Shown here: positions 13,853-25,888 of the stretch, one piece after another
How the letters are laid out: the number at the start of each line of letters is the position of its first letter
Position numbering within the stretch: position 1 is the first letter of the stretch
NCBI RefSeq assembly: GCF_001194135.2
Contig: NC_068987.1
Span: 43,553,267 to 43,617,266 of the forward strand
From: Octopus bimaculoides
Lineage: Eukaryota
Direction: 5' to 3'
Length of the DNA stretch: 64,000 nt
Made by a program: the position numbers and the translations under genes
The notes under the pieces: model-generated
The model's input: the letters and a program-made list of their open reading frames with translations, nothing else
Told to the model about the DNA's origin: nothing
The model's database searches: none

Positions 13853-15248
13853 TCACATAGTGTGCATGTAACTCATAAAGTGAATGTGAATTGATTGCTG
13901 AACAGTGTGCACTAGTGAATGCATCTGGAGCAATGTTACTGGATCCTGGGCGATAGTGAATATCATGAGTATGGAGATAACGCAATGCACCATCTCATAA
14001 TTTTATCATTTTTAATTTTGCTCATCACTTTATACATGAATGCAACAGAACATTGATCAGTAATTAATGTGAAATGTCTACCTAGAAGACAGTGTCTCCA
14101 ATGATGAATTGATTCGATAATTGCTTGGGCTTCCTTTTCAACAGAGGAGTGGTACAGTTTGCTACCTTGTAGCATGCGAAAATGGAATGTGACTGGTCTT
14201 CCATCTTGATTTAGTGTTGCAGATATAGCAAAATCCAAAGCATCTGTCTCATCAGTAAATGGAATGTTCTCATCTACTATTTGAATGGCAGCATTAGCTA
14301 GTTCTATCTTCAATGACTCAAATGCTTTTACTTGTTGGCTATTTAGAGGAAATTTTGATCCGTTATTGAGAGGAAATATTTTGTCAGAAAATTTGGAAAT
14401 CCACTTAGCATAATAAGAAAACATACCGACTATACGTTTTAATGATTTCTGGTCGGTTAGTGTAGGAAGATTGAGGAGTGGAGCAAGCCTTTCTGGGTTA
14501 GCGCTGAGGGTATTGTGTGAGATACAGTATCCAAGAAAGTCAACGGTTGTTGAGCAAACACATTTCTCTTCATTCATGGTAAGCCCTTCACTTTTTGCTG
14601 CTTTTTCAAATTTTTCAAAATTCTTATTGTGATTATTTTGATCTTTCTCACATATGGTTAGATTGCCTATGAATGGGAATGTATCTTGCAGCCTGTATTT
14701 ACTCACAAAGTCATCCATTATATGTTGGAAACATGCACTGCCATTAGTTACTCTGAATGGCTTTCTAGTAGAATGCCACAATTTACCATCAGCTTCAAAG
14801 GCAGTGAATTGATGATCTTCCTCTGATAGAGGAATCTGATGGTATGCTGAACATAAGTCTATAGTATTGTAGACTTTATACTTGACAATAGTGTTAGCTT
14901 ACTCATTGATTTTAGGAAGAAGATAGGCATCAAACTGTGTATATTTGTTAATTGTTTCTGAATAGTCAATCACCATTCTTCGCTTTTTTTTTTCTTGAAC
15001 AACTAGCACTTGCAATTTCCAAGGAGAGTTACTGGGTTCAAGAGTCTATAAAGTCAGTGAAAGCTCTAAACCAATGATTAAAAGTCTTGTCAGCATTTGT
15101 GGAGTTTGGGTCGGCATTCAATCTGTTCGGTTTCAAGTATCTTTCCATATTTGGTATCCTTCCCAACTTGTACTCGTCTTTTCATAAATTTCTCTCTCTA
15201 TAGATTATTCAACAACTTCTTCAAGATTTAGAAATTAGTTTCTTTGAT

Positions 15249-15387
15249 TGATATGTATCACCAGTAATTCCTGGTTCAAAGAAACTAATTTCCAGTCATA
15301 AGCCACAACAGTAAAGTGTCTTATAGTGTTATCCATGATATTCTTGATTCAACGTATGTTATTCAAAGTGGCTGCTCTGATCATCAA
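15249..15387 (-). repeat. 5' LTR of the Gypsy element, truncated at its outer end
   Basis: Aligns with 12081 to about 12215 (TGATATGTATCACCAG...CTGATCATCAA). Confidence 0.85.
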
Positions 15388-15527
15388 TAGGTTAACATTC
15401 ATAATAACTTCATAAAGAGGACTATACAATGACAGTAAAAATAGGCTAACATTCATTATAACACTGACTTCATAAAGAAGGTTAACAATGATACAACCAA
15501 TCAGTTACTCTCCTTTTTGATACACAC

Positions 15528-15596
15528 CTCATAAAGATCTCAGCGATGGTAAAACATATTCCACTTCCACCTCCAGTGATGAATGCTACTTTGTTC
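15528..15596 (-). CDS. DECR2: DECR2 coding exon 2 (NKVAFITGGGSGICFTIAEIFM-R), Rossmann glycine-rich loop
   Basis: TTTCAG acceptor, GTGTGT donor, phase 2-2, 69 bp; SDR TGxxxGI motif nearly identical to DECR2. Confidence 0.95.
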
Positions 15597-15642
15597 CTGA
15601 AACAGATAATATATATTTTTAATTATTCACATATACAAGTGT

Positions 15643-15679
<37 letters not shown>

Positions 15680-15680
<1 letters not shown>

Positions 15681-16348
15681 GACGTCACACAGTATACAAT
15701 ATCGTGAGGTTGTTGATTGAAGATATTGTGTCTACTGGGGGTTTGTACTGTTTGTCGAGTCACAATAGGACCTCAAACAAAGAGTACTTTACACAATATG
15801 CATGCAGCTCCAAGTAGTGCCGATTTTTGCAATACATGTAGATTGTAGGGTATTTCTAAGGTTTTCAGATTGGGTGGTATTGAACCCAATGCACCGATGA
15901 CAATAGGGATAACCTTTATGTTCGACTCTCATAGCTGTCACATCTTAGTGATCTCAATTCTCAGGTCTCCATATTTATCAACATTTTCTCTTTCTTTGGT
16001 GATGATATGTTAATCTCCTGGCACTGCCACGTCGATTATCAGGCACTCTTGCTTGCCCCTCCTAAAGGTTATCATATCCAGCCTTTGGTGCTCTAACACC
16101 TTAACTGTCTGGAAATCAAAGTCCCAGAGGAATTTTGCCTTCCCCTTTTCCAGTGTATGTTGGTACCAAACACCTGTAACCTCATATCCATACTTACGGC
16201 ATAGGAGCCAGCGGATGTTTTGGGCTACCTTGTTGTGTCTACACTTGTACTTTTTCTGCACGAGACATTCACAAACACTAACAATGTGAGTCATACTTTT
16301 GACCCTCTTCCCACACATTCTGCAGAGGTCTGATGCACTTCTGTGGTA
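15680..16348 (-). mobile_element. R4/Dong-like LINE 3' fragment 1 ending in a (TAA)n tract (15644-15679)
   Basis: CRMC...HIVSVC zinc knuckle, RHNKVA, and LDMI...IIDVAVPGD...KYGDL restriction-like endonuclease motifs. Confidence 0.85.
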
Positions 16349-16349
16349 T

Positions 16350-17255
16350 ATATTATTATTATTATTATTATTGTTCAGTAGTTTCATTTTTATAACGTGC
16401 TTTCACTTCACTACCGAGCGCAGCTCTGTGCGCCTTGGGTATGTGCTGTGGTTTGCTGTGGTGCTCTTATGTTTACTGTATTGAAAGTGTTTTGCTTAGA
16501 ATGTGTGCAGTACCCAGTAGTGCAATTTTCTGTATGTTATATATATTTGTAAGTCCTGGTGTTTTTGTTATGTATTTNNNNNNNNNNNNNNNNNNNNNNN
16601 NNNNNNNNNNNNNNNNNNNNNNNNNNNNNNNNNNNNNNNNNNNNNNNNNNNNNNNNNNNNNNNNNNNNNNNNNNNNNNNNNNNNNNNNNNNNNNNNNNNN
16701 NNNNNNNNNNNNNNNNNNNNNNNNNNNNNNNNNNNNNNNNNNNNNNNNNNNNNNNNNNNNNNNNNNNNNNNNNNNNNNNNNNNNNNNNNNNNNNNNNNNN
16801 NNNNNNNNNNNNNNNNNNNNNNNNNNNNNNNNNNNNNNNNNNNNNNNNNNNNNNNNNNNNNNNNNNNNNNNNNNNNNNNNNNNNNNNNNNNNNNNNNNNN
16901 NNNNNNNNNNNNNNNNNNNNNNNNNNNNNNNNNNNNNNNNNNNNNNNNNNNNNNNNNNNNNNNNNNNNNNNNNNNNNNNNNNNNNNNNNNNNNNNNNNNN
17001 NNNNNNNNNNNNNNNNNNNNNNNNNNNNNNNNNNNNNNNNNNNNNNNNNNNNNNNNNNNNNNNNNNNNNNNNNNNNNNNNNNNNNNNTAATATGATTTAT
17101 TGTTTCTTCTCGATCTCCACATATTCTACAGTTACTTGTTATATTTCTTTTCATTATGTGTTTTTGGTAATTTCTGGTGGGGAGGCTCTGGTCTTGTGCA
17201 GCAATTAAAAATCCTTCAGTCTCTGCTTTGAGTCCTGAGTTTCTTGTCTTAGCTT
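16350..17255 (-). mobile_element. R4/Dong-like LINE 3' fragment 2 (spans a gap) ending in (TAA)n at 16350-16372
   Basis: LKAETEGFLIAAQDQSLPTRNY...CRICG...TINHI, and C-terminal IQKIALLGTAHILSKTL. Confidence 0.85.
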
Positions 17256-17329
17256 TCACTGCTTATACTAAACACATGACATTTTTGCCTTACAATATGG
17301 AACATTTTCTTTTCTTTTACTCTTTTTAA

Positions 17330-17560
17330 AAAATGACACTCTGTTACGATGACAAGGTTCCTGTTTATTTGATCAACAGAACAGTCTGCTCGTAAAATTA
17401 ATATGCAAGTGGCTGAGTACCCCACAGACATGCATATCATAAAGTAGTTCTCAGGGAGATTCAGCTTCACACAGAATGTAACAAGGCTGGTCCCTTTGAA
17501 TTACAGCTACAACTCATTTTTGCCAGCTGAACTGACTGCAGCAAGGTGGAGTAGAGAACA
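17330..17560 (-). mobile_element. Degenerate SINE 3' part homologous to the 28061 SINE
   Basis: Reverse complement matches AATTCAAAGGG-CAGCCTTGTCAC...CTCAGCCACTTGCAT. Confidence 0.6.
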
Positions 17561-18473
17561 CAGCGCACCGCAGGGAATTGTAGTCATGACTTTATGATGA
17601 TGGGCCAAATGTGACAGAGACAGAGAAAGGAAAGCCTCAGTCATTTACAATGACATTTAGACTGAAATACGATTGATCTTTTCTAGCTTCTTTACTTTTA
17701 ACAATGAAGAAGAGGGAAAGACATTTAGTAATGAATAGAGGGGAAAGGCTTTCAGCTGTTAACGTTTTTATTCTAGGAGTTCTAGAATGATCAACTGTTA
17801 GTTCTCTCTTGTTTCCCCCACCCCCGGTACTTATTCACCTTCTTTCATAGTTCTTCATGTCTTTTAGTTGGGGGAGAAAGACCATGTTTATTTTTCAGGC
17901 ATGTTTAACATTTTCTCTACAAACTACAAACAAGTCCCTTCCCTTCNNNNNNNNNNNNNNNNNNNNNNNNNNNNNNNNNNNNNNNNNNNNNNNNNNNNNN
18001 NNNNNNNNNNNNNNNNNNNNNNNNNNNNNNNNNNNNNNNNNNNNNNNNNNNNNNNNNNNNNNNNNNNNNNNNNNNNNNNNNNNNNNNNNNNNNNNNNNNN
18101 NNNNNNNNNNNNNNNNNNNNNNNNNNNNNNNNNNNNNNNNNNNNNNNNNNNNNNNNNNNNNNNNNNNNNNNNNNNNNNNNNNNNNNNNNNNNNNNNNNNN
18201 NNNNNNNNNNNNNNNNNNNNNNNNNNNNNNNNNNNNNNNNNNNNNNNNNNNNNNNNNNNNNNNNNNNNNNNNNNNNNNNNNNNNNNNNNNNNNNNNNNNN
18301 NNNNNNNNNNNNNNNNNNNNNNNNNNNNNNNNNNNNNNNNNNNNNNNNNNNNNNNNNNNNNNNNNNNNNNNNNNNNNNNNNNNNNNNNNNNNNNNNNNNN
18401 NNNNNNNNNNNNNNNNNNNNNNNNNNNNNNNNNNNNNNNNNNNNNNNNNNNNNNNNNNNNNNNNNNNNNNNNA

Positions 18474-19229
18474 TGCTCTGATTGGCTTCCAGAAATCTGT
18501 AATGGACAACACCAATTGCAGACCACCAGACAGTCACCATAATCTTTTGCTGATGCAACTTTGGCTTTGGGAAATGTTTGGGGGACTCATCACAATCAAG
18601 CCATTGACCTGATCGTTTACAGTTATCATAAAGGATCCACTTTTCATCACAAGTGACTATTCAGTCAAGAAAAGGATCATTGGTGTTTCGCTCATGCAGT
18701 ACCCAGTTATCGAGCTTTTTCACCTTACCAATCTTCTGCAGATTGCGTGAGACCATTGCAATACTGACACCAAGTGTCTGAGAAATTTCTCTGACACTTT
18801 GACATGGGTTTTGTTCAACAATTGCTTTCAATTGTTCTTTGTCAAAACTACATGACCATCTTCTACCTTCATCTTCAAGGCTCTCATCACTACTACGGAA
18901 TTTCTGAAACCACCTTCGTACTGTGTGATCACTTGTGGACCCCTCTCCCCATGCTCTGTTGATACTGGCAGCAGTTTGGGAGGCATTTTGCCCAAGCTTG
19001 AACTCATGCAAGAAAAGTAAGTGAAGGTCCTTTTTTGTCATGTTCATAATTAAGGGCGCCTATGTTTCAAGAATGTTTTCTATCTGAAATAAGTAGAAAA
19101 TTATTAAAGAGCATACATCAATTATTAAGTATGTTGAAATTCATCTCAAATATAATTAAAATACTATGATAAAATTGTGTTTCAAAACACAACACTTAGA
19201 GCGGCCATTATTCTCAGAACAATCTAATA
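18474..19229 (-). mobile_element. mariner transposon, 5' half
   Basis: TA plus TTAGATTG terminus; HTH region LFLHEFKLGQNASQTA...TVRRWFQKFRS; [11 protein letters not shown]; runs into a gap. Confidence 0.85.
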
Positions 19230-19934
19230 CTACACCCTCGGGCCGACCAAAGCTCATGAGTGAATTTAGTAGACAGAAACTGAAAGAAGCCTGTCTCATA
19301 TATATATATATATATATATTTGTGTGTGTATTTGTCAGCTCCCCCACCATTGTTTAATAACCGATGTTGGTGTGTTTGCATTCCCGTAACTTAGCTGTTC
19401 AGCAGAAGAGGCTGAGAGAATACGGGCTAGGCTTACAGGGAATAAGTCCAGGGCTAGATTTCTTTGACTAAAGGGTGGTGCTCCAACATGGCTACCATCA
19501 AATGATTGAAACAAATAAAAAAATAAAAGAATACCAGAAGAATGTTCTGTACTTCTAAACCAAGTAGGTTCTTTGAATATGTTCGATGTATTATAAAGCT
19601 AAATAGTAATTCTGTTTATGTTTGCATAACTGAGATATTTTGGTTGGATTATATAGTTATTGGTTTACACTTCTTTCTGTATTCTGTAACTGTCACAATA
19701 TAGAAACAGTTCTCATGGCACCAGCACACAATTTACAGATGCTTACATTTTTTATATTTTCTGTGAATTTTTCACAGGTCCAGCTAGTGTATATGATTTC
19801 AGGATGTTAAAATATGATCTCAGGATGAGCTCCACAGAAACAACAAGGGAGTGTGATGAGCAGTGATTCATTATGCACCAGAAAACCTGTCTGTCACAGC
19901 AAAAGTAAGGTCCTAAAAGCATTATGTATATGAA

Positions 19935-22620
19935 AGAAATTGTTGTATACAGTGCTCAGGTGCACTACAAGAAAAAGAAAAAAGATAAAAAAGTCATCAG
20001 GTCTACTGCAGGCAGATTTCAAGAAGCATGCAGCTAACGACTGATGCAGATAGTTTATTCCATGCTTCAACAATTCTGTGTGTGAAAAAATGTTTCCAAA
20101 AGCAATGGGTGCTGTGTTGTTTTTTGATTTTGTGAGCATGCCTACGAGCGTTTGACATATGGAATTTAAAAAGGTGCCCAAGGTTGTTGGAAAGATGGTG
20201 AATAATCTTGTGGGTGTCTACCAAGTCAGTTGCCAGACATCTAAGCTTCAATGGAAGCGAGACATGGTAGATTCCTGACGGTGGCTATTCGTTTTGTTGC
20301 ATGTTTCTGAACAGTTTCCAGATTTATATGCTGAGCAAAATAGGGGTTCCAGATGGGTGTTGAAAATTCTAAGTGTGGATGTACCATTGTTATATACAGT
20401 TTCAAATAGATAATTGGAGAGCAGCTGACAAAGGTCTTACTGAGTGATGCTAGGTCACACTCAGACTTCTTGACAATCTTAGAGATGTGACTTGTCCAAT
20501 GCAGATCACTGTTTACAATGATACCCAGACTACGTTCACTAGAAGACTTCTTGAGATTGGTGTTGCTGAAAGAGTATGTAAAGGCTGGGTTTTTCCTCCC
20601 AAAATGCATGGTGACATACTTGTCCACGGCTAGCTTGAGTTGCCAGTCAGAGATCACTGCTGCATTTGTCCAAGTTTGATTGCGGGAAAGATCTATAGCA
20701 CATGAGATCTGTTCTTTTTATTTCGAGGTACAGCTTGATGCCATTTGCATATTTCAACACTGTAACATTCCTCAAGTTAGCATCTATGTCATTAATACAT
20801 GCAACAAACAGTAGGGTCAAAGAATGGATCCTTGTGCGTTACCAGAAGTCATCTTGTAGGGTGAAGAATGATGTCCTACAACCATAACTACCTCTTTCCA
20901 ACTGACAATGAAGGACTTCAGCCAGTTATATAAATCATCTATCACACCCATTGCAGAGAGTTTTGGCATGAGTCGTTTGTGTGGTACAGAAATGAAGGCT
21001 TTAGCAAAGTCCACCCATGAGCCGCCATCAGTAACTCAGGTGATGAGTTGGTTACACCAGCCAGAGACCGGGATAAATCCAATCTGCAAGGGTCGAATAA
21101 GGTTGTGAGAGCTCCAAAAGTTCCAGAGTGTTTTTCTGACAAAGGACTTCATCAGTTTGGCAATGCAGCTAATAATGCTGACTGGGCAGTAGTTGACAGG
21201 TGATGTGCGATCACCTTTTTTAAACAGGGGAACAACACTGGCAATTTTCCAGTGCTCTGGAATGACACAATTGCTAAGGCAGAATTGAAAGATGAATGAA
21301 AGCTGTTGCAAAAAAAAGAAACCACCATGTTTGAAAAGCTGATAAGTAACATCAAGACCAAGGGAGGCATAGTTGTGCTTATTCTTGAGTTGATGTCACA
21401 GTACAGTGGGTGTGAATTTCACAGATATTATGGAATTTGATGTCAGAGTTGGTGAAGAAGATACGTTTGGATTTTCAACAGTAAAAATGCCAGCATATCA
21501 CTCAGTACATTCGATGGAGTCATCAGTGATCCAATCTGTGTGGGAATAGTAATGAGGGCCAACTGGAGAGTACATATTTCTAGAACACTTTGCTGTCAGG
21601 GCTGGTTGCTATACATTGTTCAAACTCAAGTACTGCCTTTTTTGTCACTTGCTTGAGATAGTTGGGTGATCTATTACATCTTGTTCTCATCTGTTCTATG
21701 CTGTCTGTATTTCTGTTCAGCATCACAACAAACTTTCCTGGCAAGTTGAACTGCTGCAGTCACCCAAATTGCCCTTTTTTTTATTTTTAAAGTGTTTGCC
21801 TTGTACTGATGCTTCACATGCAGTCCAGATTGCACTGAGGATATTTTGAAAAATAGTACTGACATCCCAGAATTGTAAAATTCAAACTAGTTTGAGTGTT
21901 GTAATTCATCACAATAACCGTTCTAGTCTGCTTTGTTCCAGTCACAGTGAGTGGTTTGGAGGTGGTGCTTCTTCTTGTTTCTGCCTGTAAGAGACAGATT
22001 GGTAATGATCATAGCATGATCGGAGTTGCCAAGAGGATCTTTGTTTGTAACACTGATAACAGTTTTAGGAGTGGTGGTAAAGAGAGGTCCAAAGTGCTGT
22101 TACCTCTTGTGGGGGAGGTGACTACTTGGGACCAGTTTGCATCCAGCACTACAACAAGGAAATCGCCTGCACTTTGCAGCCAACGAAAAGTTTCTCAATC
22201 AATTTCAGGGTAGTTGAAGTCACCAGCAATGGAAACATAAGTGGCTGTTTTCCTAGATGCAGCCCTGAGGATTTCAAAAAGCTGTGTCTTGACAGTAATT
22301 TGGTGGGTGATAGACAACTCCAAGTATCAGGGTTGAAATGTTTATGCATAATTCACAAAAGAGTGCCTTTTGTTGTGATTTGTTCAAAACATCACAAGGA
22401 ATTGATGACAAGTTTGAATGAATGTAGATCATCACGCCACCTCCATGACAATTAGCATGGTCTTTGCAAAGCAAGATGTAACCAACTATGCTAAAAACAC
22501 ATCACAAAGTAGAGAGTGAGCCCATGTTTCTGTGACGAAATCAGGGTCAGTACTTTTGATATGAGTCAAAAAGGTGCACCTTGTTGCACAGACTTTGGGC
22601 CTTCAGGGATAGGTGTTTGA
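19935..22620 (-). mobile_element. Second CR1/L2-like LINE of the same family as 1228-4680, in DECR2 intron 1
   Basis: Same 3' end (TTGTATACAGTGCTCAGGTGCACTACAA); colinear RT and endonuclease remnants (DFAKAF, GGGVMIYI). Confidence 0.88.
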
Positions 22621-24440
22621 AACGGGATTTAATCTCATCATGACGGTATATAGATGAAATATGTTTTGCTGTTCAATGGCAACACTGAGGATAGTATTTG
22701 GTCCCTGCCTTTGCACCTAACAGGTCCCTGACAAGCCTTCTCCACCTCTTATTTTCCTAATACTCATTCCTCCATCACTCTTCTAACTGCAGCAGTAGTC
22801 ATTTCGTCTCATTCCCTTTTGAGCTATCAGTTACCTTTCTTTCTCCCTAGAATCAATTCCTTTTAACATCCATCCCTCACATAATCCTGTCCCAGTTTAT
22901 TTTCCACTGATCACCCTTTCTGTGCCTCCACTCATCTGTCCTCTCCTCTGAGTTCTGTCTTAGGATGCTATATCTTATCCTTAATACTCTTTTATCTGGT
23001 ATCGTTCTCAACACCCTCTTGTATCTGCCAACTTTGTTCCGCACTCACTATCGTCCCCTGTACTTCTGACATCTATCACTATCACTATACATCTCTTTTG
23101 CCCTCTCAACTCTCCCACTCTGCACATCATCTCCTTATTTAAAGTTTTTTTTTTAATCTATCAGCAGGTTTACAAGAACGGGCTGAAAGGTTCATAGGCT
23201 GGATATTAAGGAGTGAGTCTAGGACTGTGAAATCTTGTATGCATTAATTTCAAATCATAATAATTACAATGTTTCTTTCCAAGTAAACTGACATCTAACT
23301 GTTTAAAGAAGACTTGGGCTATTGTTGTAAGCAGAGTCAGTACTACAGTTTCGATTCTCAGTTGAAACTATTCTGCTTAACTTACATCATAAAAGCTTTT
23401 CGGAAAAGGTAAGAAAGTTTATTTTTTCCTTTATCATAACTCACCTTTTGTGAGATAAGTGTAAGTGTAAAAGTTTACCGGAAAATGTTACAGAGTTATT
23501 TCGTTTTTGGATTTGGTTTGCAAGATTCTTTATGTGAGTTCGTGTGTTGAAGCATATTCTGTTTTGTCTGGGGAGAGTCATTCTCTTTTGGTGCCTTATA
23601 ATTTAACACACTCACCGGTAAAATTTCCACTTATTTCTTTTTTATTTTTCTAAAATTTTTGTTGCGTCTTGCAACCTTNNNNNNNNNNNNNNNNNNNNNN
23701 NNNNNNNNNNNNNNNNNNNNNNNNNNNNNNNNNNNNNNNNNNNNNNNNNNNNNNNNNNNNNNNNNNNNNNNNNNNNNNNNNNNNNNNNNNNNNNNNNNNN
23801 NNNNNNNNNNNNNNNNNNNNNNNNNNNNNNNNNNNNNNNNNNNNNNNNNNNNNNNNNNNNNNNNNNNNNNNNNNNNNNNNNNNNNNNNNNNNNNNNNNNN
23901 NNNNNNNNNNNNNNNNNNNNNNNNNNNNNNNNNNNNNNNNNNNNNNNNNNNNNNNNNNNNNNNNNNNNNNNNNNNNNNNNNNNNNNNNNNNNNNNNNNNN
24001 NNNNNNNNNNNNNNNNNNNNGGGCACTTTTTTTTTTCAAACTTTTTCCATTACGCTAAAAAAAAAATGAATAAAATTATTTGTAGATTCATTTACTTTTC
24101 GTTTGAGTAGTAGAAAAAGGTTAAAAAAAAAGAATTCCGTATATCACAGTGAGAAACAAGTTCATAAATACTGTTGAATATGGGTTTTACTATGGAAAGA
24201 GTTATTTTTAGCACATCTCACGACCATCTGATACTTCCTTGTTTCTATGTTTAATATTTGTTTTGTTAACGAGTGAAGATCTTTATATTTTTCTGCTCAC
24301 ATCAATCATATTTGGAAAAAAAGCACCTCCCTGTTTACACAAGGTATTTATAGATATCAGAAGTCGAACAATAAATAAAATGATGTAACAAAAATGAAAT
24401 TAAATGTTCTCTGTTAGTAAACACTAATATTTATACTGAC

Positions 24441-24508
24441 TTGAGTAAATCCGGGTGGTATAAATATTCATAATCCAAACAAACTCGTTCATCTCCACTA
24501 GCAGCCAT
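24441..24508 (-). CDS. DECR2: DECR2 coding exon 1 (MAASGDERVCLDYEYLYHPDLL-K)
   Basis: ATG at 24508; 22 codons plus AA, then GTCAGT donor (phase 2). Resembles the DECR2 N-terminus (DCLPAYRHLFCPDLL in human, recalled) and joins exon 2 in frame. Confidence 0.85.
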
Positions 24509-25888
24509 GCTTAGAATGTCTAGGTTATATCTTTTGTTAATGTTTAGCCCTAGGTCAAACCTGATAAACCAAACTTATAATCAAAAGTGCTCAACACGTG
24601 ACCAAACACAAACACACACTCTCTCTCTCGCTCTCTGTACAAGGTCATTCACCCATGGCAGTGGGCCATGGCAGTAGGTGAATGTATTTTTAAGACCAGC
24701 TTTTAGTTCCTCGCGAGCATTTCTAGGCGTCATAACTAATTCAGTTCTCATGCAAACTGAATGTGGCTTTCTTTAACAATGATGGGCCAGTCTTCGGCTA
24801 CATTTTGAGATAATTCAAATTTGGTTTATTAAAAAAAGTTAGGTTAAAAATGGCAAAACTGACTTTGAATTAAAACATCTCAGTTATTTTAAAAGAAAAT
24901 TATAAATTAATTGGGTTTAAAAGAATGTACTCATTGAAAAGAATCTTTTGGTGGAAATATCGTCAATAGGTATAAGCTACGAAAAAAGTAATGCTTTAAG
25001 TGACGAAAAAATGCTAAGTAACCCACAAAACTGGCTTTGAATAAAAAATATTTCAGCTGTTGTAAAAGAAAAATATACAATAGTTGTCTTAGCCGGCGAT
25101 ATAGCCTGTAGCAGGATTTGTTCGGTACGTAGCAGTGAAAAGTCACAGCATTGACGAAAGGGACCTAATGTGAGTTGTCTCGCTTGACAATAGTTGTGTT
25201 CTTACGAAAGAACTCTATGAGATTAATCTTATGGTAAAAATCTAGTAAAAAAATATTAGCTATAAAAAGATGGTGTGGCGATCACTTTAACAAATTAGAA
25301 TATTTTTGTCATTTTAAGATATTTATCCTTATCAAAGATTATGTTTAAAGTCATGGAGCGCTTAGCTTCGTGGTAAAGAGCCGATGTCTCAAACACCGGT
25401 AGCTGTTTGCTGGCCTCTTTTTTTTTTCTCCGCTTTCTAAGGGGTATTTAGACTATCTTCTAACCTGTTTTCATAACTATTTTGTGTTCAGTATTTACTT
25501 CAGATGAAAAAGCTCCAGGAGAGAAATCTTATGGTAAAAACCTTGTCAAAAAATATTAGTTACAAAAAAAAAAAATGGTTTTAAGTGATGAAAAGCGGTG
25601 ATAATTTTAAGAAATTATAATATTTTTGTCTTTTTTAGAGAAAAAAAAAACTATTTGAACTCACNNNNNNNNNNNNNNNNNNNNNNNNNNNNNNNNNNNN
25701 NNNNNNNNNNNNNNNNNNNNNNNNNNNNNNNNNNNNNNNNNNNNNNNNNNNNNNNNNNNNNNNNNNNNNNNNNNNNNNNNNNNNNNNNNNNNNNNNNNNN
25801 NNNNNNNNNNNNNNNNNNNNNNNNNNNTGAACTCACAAATGAAAGCGTTCATCGAGTCGAATATTCTGGAGAAAACCCTCTCTAAAAA

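Larger units (their letters stand above)
12081..15387 (-). mobile_element. Ty3/Gypsy LTR retrotransposon, internally deleted, in DECR2 intron 2
   Basis: gag start MERYLKPNRLNADPNS (ATG at 15148) fused to RT (PSNSPW, MVIDYS, DLCSAYHQIPL); RNase H (DALDFAISATL); integrase core (12574-13146); polypurine tract AAGAGGGAGTGAA next to the 3' LTR. Confidence 0.9.

Noticed and set aside
22660-23150. Possible further LINE remnant
   Set aside because: Too decayed to assign; only a short HPK-like match.
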